Shown here piece by piece: positions 39,985 to 54,344 of a stretch of 64,000 nucleotides of DNA. The position numbers and the translations under genes were made by a program. This stretch comes from the human T2T-CHM13v2.0 reference genome, Homo sapiens: NCBI RefSeq assembly GCF_009914755.1, contig NC_060941.1. One strand, given 5' to 3'. The notes under the pieces are model-generated. The model saw only the letters and a list, made by a program, of their open reading frames with translations, was not told the origin of the DNA and searched no databases. The stretch's first letter is position 1. The number at the start of each line of letters is the position of its first letter.

Positions 39985-41146
39985 GCCCTAGGACTTGGGC
40001 CTTGGCTTTCTCTTCTTCAGCCTCACTATCTCACCAAAGTATCTCAATCAGTCCTGTGGCTTTTAAGAATCATCTATACCCTGAAGATACTCAAAGTTAC
40101 ACCTTCAATTGACCTCTCCCTAGCTTAGATCTCTTAGTCAGTGGTCTCAAAGTTTTCTATGTATTAGAATCACCTTGAGGATATTAAAAAAAATCTTAAT
40201 GTCTACACCCTAGATGAATGAAGTCAAGATCTCTAGGAGTGGGCCCAGGCATTAGTTTTAACTCTACAGGTAATTCCAAGATGCAGTTAAGTTTGAGATT
40301 AAGTTGCCCACTTAATCTCTCCACTTGGATGTATACTTAGTGTCTCAAATGTAATATGACCAAATAAACTTCATTATTATCCCTATTTCACACTTGATCA
40401 TCTCACACTTGATCAGTGGATGGCTTCCCCATCCACTGATCTCTCAAGCCCCAAAAGTAAGCTTGATACTAGTTGTTTATTTTCTCTCACTACCTACAGC
40501 TACTCCACCAGCAAAGTCTTCAGTTCCAACTTGAAAACATCCAACGTCATTCTACCATCAAGTCCAACCTGTACCACTGCAAGTTTTAATTAATCTGCTT
40601 ACTTTTGGCTCTTCTCTACTCACTTCTCCCTCTTGTATCCAAAGTAATCTTAAAACCAGGTCATGTCACACCCCTATTTAAAAACCTCCAGTGGCTTCTA
40701 TCCCATGTCGTATAAAATCCAAGCTCATTGTCCTGACTTTTGAAACCCTCAATGACTTTCTACATCTTACCTTTATGATCTCATTTTGTATCATTCATCC
40801 CTTATCCACCAGGCTCATTCCCATGTTTGAAATTTTGCACCATTTCATTTGTGTAAAATATACTTCCTTTGATCTTCACAGGGCTCACTGGGTCTTGTCA
40901 TTTAGATGACACCATAAAAATGTCTCCTTCTTAGATCATTCTTAGTCATTCAATATCAATTAGTCATTTATCACCATGTAGTATTTTCTTGTTTGTTACC
41001 TACAAGCCCTCACCAGAATGTAAATTCCACGAAACAGGGACCTAGTCTATTTTGTTCACTGCTAAATTCTCAATGCCTAATATAGAGCCTGGCACATACT
41101 AGGTGCTCAATAAATATATGTTGAATGAATGAATGAATGAATGAAT
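39985..41146 (+). mobile_element. L2 3' portion with nested MER5A (about 40138-40300) and (GAAT)n tail
   Basis: Ends gcctggcacatactaggtgctcaataaatatatgttgaatgaatgaatg; MER5 starts cagtggtctcaaag..attagaatcacc. Confidence 0.85.
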
Positions 41147-41489
41147 TCTATCAATGAAAGAAAGCAAGGCCCAGAGAAACTAGCTTAAGATTTTATAGCT
41201 TATAGTGGCCATGCTCTATGGTTTGTACCAGTGGTTTCCGGGTCAAGTTTTTGTCAATCCATAGTGAAATGAGAACAAAGACATCACTGTGGTTCTATCA
41301 AATAGAAACAACTTGCTTATATTTTGAGATTATTTACTTATTGCTTTTTTGATATTAAAATGTCCTTGCTCTTATAAAATGCTATTGATAATATATGACA
41401 AGTTATTTGGGAGTTTATTTTAACTTCCTCAACAAAATAAAAACTGTGATAACCCAATAAAGTTTCTAGTTTTCTAAAAAAGTTATAAT

Positions 41490-42011
41490 TGTGGTATCCA
41501 GCCTTCAAGAATACTCCTTAATGATTCTTGCCACCTGATATTCATGCTCCTGTGTGGTTCCCTCTCATGTTGCGTAGAGTTGAACTGTGAAACCAACAGG
41601 ATATTAAGTAAATGACAGTGTGCGACTTCCAGGGCCACATCATAAAACACCACAGCTTCCTTCTTATGCTCCCTTGGATCACCTGCTTTGGGGGGAGATG
41701 GCTGCAATGTCATGTGAACACTCAAGCAGCCCTATGGGAAATGTGTGTGGTGAGGAACTGAGGCCTCCAGCCATCAGCCAGCACTGATTCACCACCCATA
41801 TGAGTAAGCCACCTTGGAAGTGAATCTTCTACCCCAGTCAAGCCTTCAGATGACTTCTGCCTTGGGTGACATCAGACTACAACCTCTCGGAAGACCCCTA
41901 GCCAGAACTACCCAGCTAAGCCACTCCCAGATTCCTGAAACTGTGAGGTAATGTTTTTTAAGTCATTACATTTTGGGATAATGAATTATGCAGCAATGGA
42001 TAACTAATACA
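41490..42011 (+). mobile_element. MLT1F-like MaLR solo LTR
   Basis: tgtggtatccagccttcaaga...gtgaggaactgaggcctccagcca...ccccagtcaagccttcagatgac...gcagcaatggataactaataca. Confidence 0.88.
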
Positions 42012-43569
42012 TTGATTAATAACATTCCAAAAATCTGGAGACCTGCATTGCTGTAATCTTTTTTGAATTACGGTTTGCACGACTGGCTAGTTTAACCACT
42101 AAACATCTCTAAGCTTTAGCTTTCTTGTCTATAACATAGAAATAGTATTCATCCCTACTTCTTAGGTTGCTGTGAGGATTAAGTGAGATGATGTCTGTGT
42201 TTGGAACTAATATTATTGAATGTTATTTTTATCATTATTCTTGTTTTATATTATTATGGACTATTTCATGCCTAAATGATTTGCAGTACCATCTTCTATG
42301 CCTGAATTGTATCCCTTTCCCCATCTGCCTGCAGAATTACACTTTATTCCAGACCTAGTACAAGTATTTATACTCTTTGATGCCCTTCTTGACCTTAGAA
42401 GAGCTGATCCTTTCCTCTTTGTCCCTGTATTCTTTTCTCTATTATAGCACTTATCATGTGTATTACAATTAGTTACTGACATGTCCATCTCTTCTACCAT
42501 ATACAATCCTACCAAGCACTTATTTGGCTGTTATTACAGGCCAGGTGTTGTCCTAACACTTGTATATATTGACTCATGTAATTGTTACAATAACCCTAAG
42601 AGGCAAGTTCTATTTTTATCTCTATTTTATATAAGGGGTAACGGAGGCACAGATTTAAGCACGCAGTAGAGCCAAGATTAAAACCTGGGCGTTTCAGCTC
42701 CCAATGTGGTGCTCTCAACCATATCATCCCTCAGAGAAAGGGAGCACCCTATGGACAGAGACCTTGGCTCACTTATGTTGGCCTCCCTAGTACCCACTAG
42801 AGTTTTTGGAATATGGGAAGCTTGTAATAAAAATAACAGCAATTATTATCTGCTATATAAAATACTATGCTGAGAACTTTACAAAGCAGAGATTTTAAAA
42901 ATGGCCATTTACAAATGAGAATCCTAAGGCTTAGCGAGGCTAAATAACTTCATGTAAAGCTCCTAGAGGTGGCATAGCAGTCAGGATTCCAGCCCAGGGC
43001 CATTTGATTCCAAGGGCCATTCTTTTTTCATGGCATCAAACACGCCCAATGATTTTGAATGAATGAATGATTACATGAATATGTGATGGAATATCATTTG
43101 TCATAAATTGGCAAAGGAGAAAGTGAATGATCCGTGTGTACTTATTTCTACTTTGAGATAAATATAATTTGAAATAATAATGGGGTTATTGAGATATAAG
43201 GAAATGATGCCACAGAAGGAAGAACATTGATTTTGTGCTGGACAGCTTTCTATTTTATGTGGCCTGCTGATTGCCAGTGACAATTTCCAGTATAGAGACT
43301 GACATCCTTTACAATTTGAGCTGTCCCCAGCCTCCATGTGCCCTGTGGTGCAGGCAACATGCCTTTTCTTTCTCTTTTTTCCCTCCCTTTCTTCCTTCCT
43401 TTAGCATTTTAAAATTTATTTATATTTTTAACTGACAAATGAAAATTCAATATGTTTATTGTGTGCAATGTGATAATGTTTTGAAATATGTATACATTGT
43501 GGATTGACTAAATCTGGCTAATTAACATATGCATTACTTTGTATACTTGTTTGTGGTGAGAACACTTAA

Positions 43570-43920
<351 letters not shown>

Positions 43921-44082
43921 TAACTATAGTCATCATGTACAGTAGGGCTATTGAAATTATTCTAACTACAATTTTGTATATTTTGACTGACATCTCTCTA
44001 ATCCCCCAACCTTCCTCCAGCCTCTGGTAGCCAACATTCTTCTCTTCACTTCTATGAGTTTAACTTTTTAAGATTCCATGTG

Positions 44083-44445
44083 TGATATGGTTTGGCTATG
44101 TCCCCACCCAAATCTCATCTTGAATTATCGCTCCCCTATTCCCCATGTGTCATGGGAGAGGCCTGGTGGGAGGTAATCGAATCATGGGGATGGGTATTCC
44201 CATGCTGTTCTTGTGATAGTGAATAAGTCTCATGAGATCTGATGGTTTTACAAAGGGCAGTTCCCCTGCACATGCTCTCTTGCCTGCTGCCATGTAAGAC
44301 ATGCCTTTGCTTCTCTTTCACCTTCTACCATGATTGTGAGGCCTTCCCAGCCATATGGAACTGTGAGTCTATTAAACCTCTTTTTCTTTATAAATTACCC
44401 AGTCTTGGGTATTTCTTCATAGCAGTATGAAAATGGACTAATACA
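44083..44445 (+). mobile_element. THE1 MaLR solo LTR nested in L1
   Basis: tgatatggtttggctatgtccccaccc...aaatggactaataca; flanks atgtg / acatg. Confidence 0.94.
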
Positions 44446-45970
44446 ACATGTAAGTGAGATCTTGTGGTATTTGTGCCTGGCTTATTTCACTTAGCATGTC
44501 TTCCAGATTCATCTAGGTTGTCTCAAATGACAGAATTTCCTTCCTTTTTTTTTAAGGCTGAGTAGTATTCCATTGTGTATATCCACTACATTTTCTTTAC
44601 CATTGCTCCACTGATGGACACTTAGGTTAATTTCATATCTTAGCTATTAGAAATAATGCTGCAACAAATATGGGATGCAGATATCATTTCAATATACTGA
44701 TTCCATATCCTTTGGGCATATATACAGTACAGGGATTCCTGGATCATATGGTGGTTTTACTTTTTTGAAGAATCTTCATACTGTTTCCGTAATGGCTGTG
44801 CTAATTTGCATTCCCATCAACAGTGTTTCAGGGTTCCCTTTTCTTCACATCCTTTGCACATATTCTCCAACACTTGTTATGTTTCATCTTTTTGATAATA
44901 GATATTCTAAGTTGTGAGGTAATATCTCACTGTGATTTTCATTTGCATTTGATGATTAGGGATGTTGAACATTTTTTCATATACCTATTGGTCATTGGTA
45001 TGTCATTTTGAGAACTGTCTGTTCCAATCCTTTGCCCATTTTTAAATCAGGTGTTTTTACTACTATTGAGTTGCTTGAGCTCCTATACATTTTGGATATC
45101 AACTTCTTATCAGGTGTATGCTTTACAAATATTAATACTTTCCTTCTGTAGGTTGTCTCTACACTCTGTTGATAATTTCCTTGGCTGCATAAAAGGTTTT
45201 CAGTTTGATGTAGTCCCATTTGCTTTTGTTGCTTGTGCTTTTGTGTTCATATATAAAAAAAATCATTGCCTAAACTAATGTCATAGACCAATGTTGCCTT
45301 ATGTTTTCTTCTAGTAGTTTCATAGTTTCAGGTCTTACATTTAAGTCTTTAATCCACTTTTAGTTGGCTATTGTGGTGCATGGTGTGAGTTAAGGGTCTA
45401 ATTTCATTCTTTTACATGTGACTATCCAGTTTTCCCAACACCATTTATTGAAGAGACTGTCCTTTCCCCAGTGTGTGTTCTTGACACCTTTGTCACCCTT
45501 GCTATCATATTGGCCTGAGTCACTTTCAGATGTTGCTGAGAAAAAAATCCCAACCCATGGGATACTTAAAACATGGCTCTTAAAACTTGATCTAAAAGTG
45601 CTTTAGCTAATTGAGATGTATTGTGATTCCATATGAATTTTAGGAATTTTTTCTATTTCTATGAACAATGTCATTGGTATTTTGATAGGGATTGCTTGAA
45701 TCAGTAGACCATTCTGGGTAGTACAGATGTTTTAACAATATTAATTCTTCCAGCTCATGAGCATGGGATATCTCACTACAGTTTTTTGTTCCTCTTCAAT
45801 TTCTTTTCTTAGTGTTTTATAGGTTTCCTTGTAGATAGCTTTTACTTCTTTGGTTAATTTATTCTTAGGGTTTTTTTTTTTTTTTTGGTAGCTATTGTAA
45901 ATGGGATTGATTTCTTGATTCCTTTTTCAGATTGATCACTGTTAACATATAGTAATGCTACAGTTTGTTT

Positions 45971-46000
45971 TCTATCTACCTACCTATCTACCTATCCATC

Positions 46001-46044
<44 letters not shown>
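45971..46044. repeat. Compound (TCTA/CCTA) tetranucleotide STR with pure (CTAT)11
   Basis: ctat x11 at 46001-46044, preceded by tcta/ccta variants. Confidence 0.95.
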
Positions 46045-46236
46045 TTTACCATGGGAATGATAGGTTTTTTTAAAACCTAAGATTATCTCATTTGCAGACA
46101 AGGATAATTTGATTTCTTCCTTTCCAACTTGGATAATCATTTTCTTTCTTTCTCTTGCTTAATTGCTCATGACCACTCCAGTACTATGTTGCATAAATGC
46201 AGTGAAAGTGAACATCCTTGTCTTGTTCCAGCTCTC

Positions 46237-46430
46237 ATTTCTGTTTATCAATGAATAGTATTTCATTGTGTAGATGCACCATGGTTAATCCATTAATTAT
46301 TGGCCTATTGAAGGGCATGTTGGTGTTTCTAAGTTTTCACAATTATGAATAAAGCTCCTATAAATATTTGTATGCAGGTTTTCATGTGGAAATAAGTTTT
46401 TTATTAATTTAAATGAACACCAAGGAGTGT
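46237..46430 (-). mobile_element. Old L1M fragment
   Basis: tgaatagtatttcattgtgtagatgcacca...attatgaataaagctcctataaatatttgtatgcagg. Confidence 0.7.
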
Positions 46431-46440
46431 TATTATGAAT

Positions 46441-46920
46441 TGACCAGTTTCAACTGGCCGTGACTGGCTTTGACTGGTTTTGAGCAGCCATCACTGGTTT
46501 TGGCTGTCCACGACCAGCTTCAACTTGTTTCCACTGGTTTTGAATGGTCTTGGCTGGTGTTGGCCGGTTTCAACAGGTCTTAGTCAGTTGGTTTCAGCCA
46601 GTTTCAGCCAGTTTCATTTGGTTTTGACTGGTTTCAACTAGCTTCTGCGAATTTCCATGGGTTATAACAGATTTTTACTAGTTATAGCCAATTTGGACTA
46701 GTTTCAGCCAATTTGGACTAGTTTCAGCAGGGCTCAACTGGTTCCAGCTGGTTTTGACTGGTTTTAGCCAGCTTCAGCCAATGTTGACTGGTTTCATTCA
46801 GCTTTGACCAGTTTCAGTTGGCTTCAGCCATCTGTTTTGACTAGTTTCAGCTGGCTTCAACTGGTTTAAAGCAGTGGTAGCCAGTTTTAGCTGGTTTTGG
46901 CTGGTTTAGAACAGTTTAGA
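46441..46920. repeat. Degenerate tandem array with 10-bp period (about 48 units, consensus YRRCYRGTTT)
   Basis: In-phase units tgaccagttt, tgactggttt, cgaccagctt, tggccggttt, cagccagttt, caactggttt. Confidence 0.88.
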
Positions 46921-47403
46921 CTCCTCTGGGTAATTATATCTTTTTCTCTTTAAAAAAAAATAATTTTAACATTTTTGACTTGGGGTTATATGTGCAGGTT
47001 ACCTGGGTATATTGCATGATGCTGAGTTTGGGGTATGATTGTTCCCATCACCAAGGTACTGAGCATAGCACCCAATAGTTTTTCAGCTTTTCACCCCCTA
47101 TCCACCCCCGACCATCTAGCAGTCCCCAGTGTTTGTGTTTGTCATCTTTATGTCCATGAGTACCCAATGTTTACCTCCTATTTATAAGTGAGAACATGCA
47201 GTATTTGGTTTTCTGTTTCTACATTAATTTGCTTAGGATAATGGCCTCCAGCTGCATCCATATTCCTGCAAAAATCATGATTTCATTCTTTTTTTATTTC
47301 TGTGTAGCATTTCATGGTGTATATGTACCATATTTTCTTTATTTGATTCACTGCTAATGGGGGGCCCCTAGGTTGATCCACGTCTTTGTTATTGTAAATA
47401 CTA

Positions 47404-48044
<641 letters not shown>

Positions 48045-48939
48045 TCACTTGTATATTTTCTTTTGAGAAGTGGCTGTTCATGTCTTTTGCACACTTTTTA
48101 ATGGGGTTTTTTTTTTTTTTTGCTTCTTCGGTTGTTAAAATTTCTTGTAGGTTCTGGATATCAGAGCTTTGTTGGATGCATAGTTTGTGAATATTTTCTC
48201 TAATTCTGTGGGTGGTCTGTTTACTCTGTTGATAGCTTCTTTTGCTGTGTAGAAGATCTTTAGTTTAATTCGGTCCCACTTGTCAATTTTTGTTTTTGTT
48301 GCAATTGCTTTTGAGGACTTATTCATAAACTATATCCCAAGGCTAACATCCAGAATGGTGTTTCCTAGGTTTTCTTCTGGGATTCTTGCAGTTTGAGGTC
48401 TTACATTTACATCATTAATATATCTTGAGTGAGTTGACTTTTGTATAGGTGAAAGGTAGGGGTCCAGTTTCATTCTTCCGCATATGGCTAGCTGGCTTTT
48501 CCAGCACCATTTATTGAATAGGAAGTCCTTTTCTCATTGCTTATTTATTCCCACTTTGTTGCATATCAGTTAGCCATGGGTGTATGGCTTATTTCTAAGT
48601 TCTCTATTCTGTCCCATTGTTCTATGTGTCTGTTTTTGTACCAGTACCATACTGTTTTGGTTACTGTGGCCTTATAGCATAGTTTGAAGTTGGGTAATAT
48701 GATTCCTCCAGCTTTGTTCTTTTTGCTTAGGATTGCTTTGGCTACTCATGTTCTTTTTTGGTTCCATATGAATTTTAGAATAGTTTTTTCTATTTTTGTG
48801 AAAAATGATGGTAGCTTGATAAGAATAGCATTGAATCTACAGATTGCTTTGGGCAGTATGGCCATTTTAACAATATTGATTCTTCCAATCCATGAGCATG
48901 GAATATTTTTCCATTTGTTTCCTGTATGATTTCTTTCAC

Positions 48940-48971
<32 letters not shown>

Positions 48972-49189
48972 AATTCTCCTTGTAGAGATCTTTCTCCTCT
49001 TTGGTTAGATGTATTACTATATATGTGGGTGTTTGTGTGTGGCTATTGTAAGAGGGATTGTGTTCTTGATTTGACTCTCAGCTTGAATGTTATCGGTGTA
49101 TAGAAATGCTATATTTTTGTACATTGATTTTGTATCCTGAAACCTCACTGAAGTCATTTATCAGTGCCAGGAGCTTTTTGACAGAGTCC

Positions 49190-49714
49190 TTAGGGTTTTC
49201 TAGGTATCATATCATCAGCAAAGAGAGATAGTTTGACTCCTTCTTTTCCTATTTGGATGCCTTTTATTTCTTTTTCTTGCCAGATTGCTCTGGCAAGGAC
49301 TTCCAGTACTGTGTTGAATAGAAGTAGTGAGAATGAGCATCCTTCACTTTTTCCAGTTGTCAAAGGGAATGCTTCCAGCTTTTGCCTATTCAGTATAATG
49401 TTGGCTGTGGTTTTGTCATAGATGGCTCCTATTATTTTGAGGTATGTTTCTTTGATGTCTTGTTTCTTGAGGGTTTTTATCACTTAGGGATGTTGGATTT
49501 TATTAAAATCTTTTTCTATATCTATTGAGATGATCATATGGTTTTTGTTTTTAATTCTGTTTATGTGGTGAATCACATCTATTGATTCATATATATTGAA
49601 CCAACCTTGCATCCCAGGAAGGAAGCCTATTTGATCATGGTGAATTAACTTTTTAATGTGCTGCTGGATTTGGTTTGCTAGTATTTCGTTGCAGATTTTT
49701 ACATCTATGTTCAT
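49190..49714 (-). pseudogene. Disrupted L1 ORF2 reverse-transcriptase remnant
   Basis: ORFs 49484-49714 ([27 protein letters not shown]) and 49190-49483 ([32 protein letters not shown]) are broken by stops/frameshifts. Confidence 0.9.
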
Positions 49715-50430
49715 CAGGGATATTGACCTTTAGTTTTCTTTTTTGTTGTTGTATCTTTGCCAGGGTTTGGTGTCAGGGTGATGCTGGCTTTGTAGAAAGA
49801 GTTAGGGAGGAGTCCCGCCTCCTTGATTTTTTGGAATAGTTTCAATAGAGTTGGTACCAGCTATCCTTTGTTTATATGGTAGAATTTGGCTGTGAATCCA
49901 CCTGATTTGGCCTTTTTTTGGTTATAGGTTTTAAATTACTGATTCAATTTTGGAACTTAATATTGGTCTGTTCAGGGTTTCCGTTTAATCTTGGGAGGTT
50001 GCGTGTTTTCAGAAATTTATGTATTTCTGTGGGATTGTTGTAATGTTACCTTCGCAGTTTCTGATTGTGCTTACTTGGATCTTCTCTCTTTTCCTTTGGT
50101 AATCTAGCTAGTGGTCTATTGATTTTTATCTTTTCAAAAAGCCACCTTCTAGATTTTTTGATTCTTTGTATGGATTTTTGGGTTGCCAATTTCATTCAGT
50201 TCTGCTCAATTTTAGTTATTTCTTCTCTTTTGCTAGCTTTGAGGTTAGTTCGTTCTTGTTTTTCTAGTTCCTCTAGGTGTGATGTTAGATTGTTAATCTG
50301 AGATCTTTCTATGTTTTTGAGGCTGGTGTTTAGCACTATAAACTGTCCCCTTAACATAACTTTTGCTGTATCCCACAGATTTTGGCATGTTCTGTCTCTG
50401 TGTTTATTTATTTCAATGAATTGTTGGACC

Positions 50431-50565
50431 TCTTGGATAGAACCACAAAAGCATAGGCAGCAAAAAACAAACATATAGTTGCATCAAACTAAAACGAGTT
50501 TGATGCAACTGTATTCTTCTGCACAGCAAAGAAAACAATAGAGTGAAGAGACATCCCATAGATTG
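50431..50565 (+). mobile_element. Short sense L1M ORF2 fragment containing a foldback insertion
   Basis: caaaagcataggcagcaaaa...ttgcatcaaactaaaa[insert]cttctgcacagcaaagaaaacaatagagtgaagagaca. Confidence 0.8.
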
Positions 50566-50869
50566 ATATGTATATACATCTGTGTCTATGTGTTTTGGCT
50601 TTGGGAAATCAGTAAACCACAGGACTTTGATTTTAATTTATGTACACAGGTAGGTATCTCCCAGGGGCCTCTTAAGAGGTAATAATGCAACGTAATGAAA
50701 AAAAAAAAAAGCACCGTGTTAGAGCTGAACTGTACTAGTACCATCACCTATGTACTATCTCCATGTGGGCAAATTACTTAAACTCTCTGTACCTTTGCCT
50801 TCCTATCAGTAAAATGGGAACAGTAACATGTATTTTAGCTTCATGGTGAGGATTAAACATAAAGCTCTA

Positions 50870-51365
50870 CCTGACTTGGGCTTCCCATTCATCTCTGAGC
50901 TTATAGCCTAAGATACTCCCCCTACAGCACATTTCTTTCCAGCTACCTTAGTTTCTTAGTCATTCCTCAAATTCACTGGGCAAGTGCCTGCCTCAGGGCC
51001 TTTGTACCAGCTCTTCCCTTTGCTCAAACATTTTCTTCTCAGATCCCCAAATGGCTCACCACATCAAGTCTTGGCTCTCATGTCCCCTCCTCCATGAGGC
51101 TTGTCCTGACTCTTCTGATTAGTTCTGTATCCTCCTCCTGCCACTCTCAAGACCCTTTGCTTTGCTTTCTCTTCTTTCCATAGCAGTTAACATCTCCTTG
51201 TAGATGAGACGTTGTATTTATTAATTAGTATCTATCTCCAACTGCTAGAATGTAAGCCATATGAGGGCCAGGGTCTTCGTGTTTTACACTGGTTTATCCC
51301 CAGCAACTAGAACACAGCCTGGCACATAGAAGGCACCCCATAAATATTCACTGAATGAATAAACA
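50870..51365 (+). mobile_element. L2 3' fragment
   Basis: cctgcctcagggcctttgtacc...ctagaatgtaagcc..tgagggc...cacagcctggcacataga..taaatattcactgaatgaat. Confidence 0.8.
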
Positions 51366-52029
51366 AATGAATGCATGAATGAAATCACTCAGTACAGTGC
51401 CTGGCATATTGTACACATCTAAGGAATGTAGCTATTATTGTTGTTACCTGGATTTCCCCAGGATACTTCATCCTGGAACTGTGAATAATTTTAATGCCCA
51501 ATTTCACTACTTGCCAAACCTGCACATCTGCAGGTGTCACCCTCCTTTTTGACTACTACCCTGATGTCTCCTCCAGTCATTTATAATTGGGGCCCAGGTG
51601 GCCATCTGATTTTGTTCTTTAGCTCTGGACTTGTGGTGGCATCATGTACTTGAAGTCCTATGGGGGTGGCCCCTCTCTGTCCAGCAGCTGCTGCCCTCTG
51701 TGGGATGCTGCTTTCCTGCCTCCCTGCTGGGTCCTGCTGCTTCCTCATCACCTTGCCAGACACAGCAGATGCTGCTGCTGCTACTGTTGCTGCTTCCCAT
51801 CCTTTCTGATTGCTGTCGCTATGTTCTCCCTAGAAACTCAGAAAATGCTCTGCTCCCTCACCTTCCGTCTGGCTGGCTCATCTGGACCCTGAAGTGAAGC
51901 AGCGTGTGCTCCAAGCCTTTCAAGGTCACTGGACGAAACAAGTCTTCTTCAGTTTTCACTTAGGACCAGTATCTGACAAAGAGATGCCATCGTGCCCTTA
52001 ATGTTCTTGTCTCCCTTCTGTTTTTCTTC

Positions 52030-53027
<998 letters not shown>

Positions 53028-54344
53028 CTAGCTTTCTTTGAACTAACCTCCTCCCCTTCTTGCAACCGGAGACACACACAGCCCCCAGGCCTACTAATTC
53101 CTGCAAATGCTTGTCTGCCAGCAGGTGGCTACTGGTCCCTCATGTTCAGTTTTTGCTTAGCTTCAGCGAAGACATCCCTCGAGAGCATAAGAAAAAACAG
53201 TCATCATTTTTAAAAATACAGAAAAAATCTATTGCTTTATTGCATGTTGGTAGACTGCTGTTCCCTTTGACAGTCCAGTTCTGCATGACAAGTCTACTTG
53301 CATGTCCCGACAGATGGCCCATGGTAACGGGGCATTGCTGATCTTGTTACAATGAAATCTATTCAATGAAAAATTCTCCCCAGCAGATGTGTATACCAGC
53401 TTCATCCCCATGTGGGTATCAATCTCTTTATGAGACATTGTTTTGGTGGTATTTATAAGCAGACAGTTGTAGGATAAAGAGAGAGAGGTGACTGCTATTA
53501 GTATTAATTATGATCTCTTGCATTTAGTGCTTCATGCTTTTTCAAAAATGTTTCCACAGCTGTTCCTTTATTTGATTCTTGCAACATCCCCATGGGGTAG
53601 ACATCAGAGATGAAGGGAGAAGGCATGCAAAGTACTTTCCTTCCTTCCTTTCAAGATGTTAGAATAAGTTTGCACCATGGTTGTGGCCATCAGGTGGTAG
53701 GCTGCACGATGCTGCAGAGAGAACTAGACTGGGAATCCCAGCTCTGCCTTTGAAATAGGAGAGCATCCTTGGAGAACTGGTGAATGTCCCGGTCAGTGAA
53801 GTAGTCTTAGCCGGGTTGCTGCAGTGGCCGCCTAACAGGTCTCACTGCTGTCTTTGTCTTGCTTCCATCTGTCCTCAGTGCAGCAGCCAGAGGGGATGTT
53901 TTAAGTCATACTTCAGATAATATCGCTGCACTGCTCACAGACCCTCCCAAAGCTCTCCACCCCACTCAGAGCAAGAGCAGAATCCTGGCAATGGCTGACA
54001 AGACCCCTGGGTTTTGTCCGACATCTTCTCTGGCCCCTTCTCCCACCTCCGTTTGCTCATGCTCTGGCCACATTGGCCTCCTTGGTGCTCCTTGAACATG
54101 GCACAGTTCCATGGGCCTCCACGGCACCTGCTTCCTCTGCTGCCACATTGTTCCCCACCTGTGCTTGGCTCACCCCCTCATGGCCTTCCATCTGCTCGTC
54201 TCACCTTCACGTCTCCGTGAAGCCTGTCCCAATGACTGTATGCTTCCCTTGCCTGCCTAACCTCTCCTTCCTAATCCTTCTCACCTGTTCTCTGGATTGC
54301 TTTTCACGACAGCACTTACCGTCGCCTAACATTCCGTAAGTGGT

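Noticed and set aside
46441-46920. CRISPR-like array or coding repeat
   Set aside because: Units are contiguous with no spacers, no ORF spans them, and the context is mammalian.
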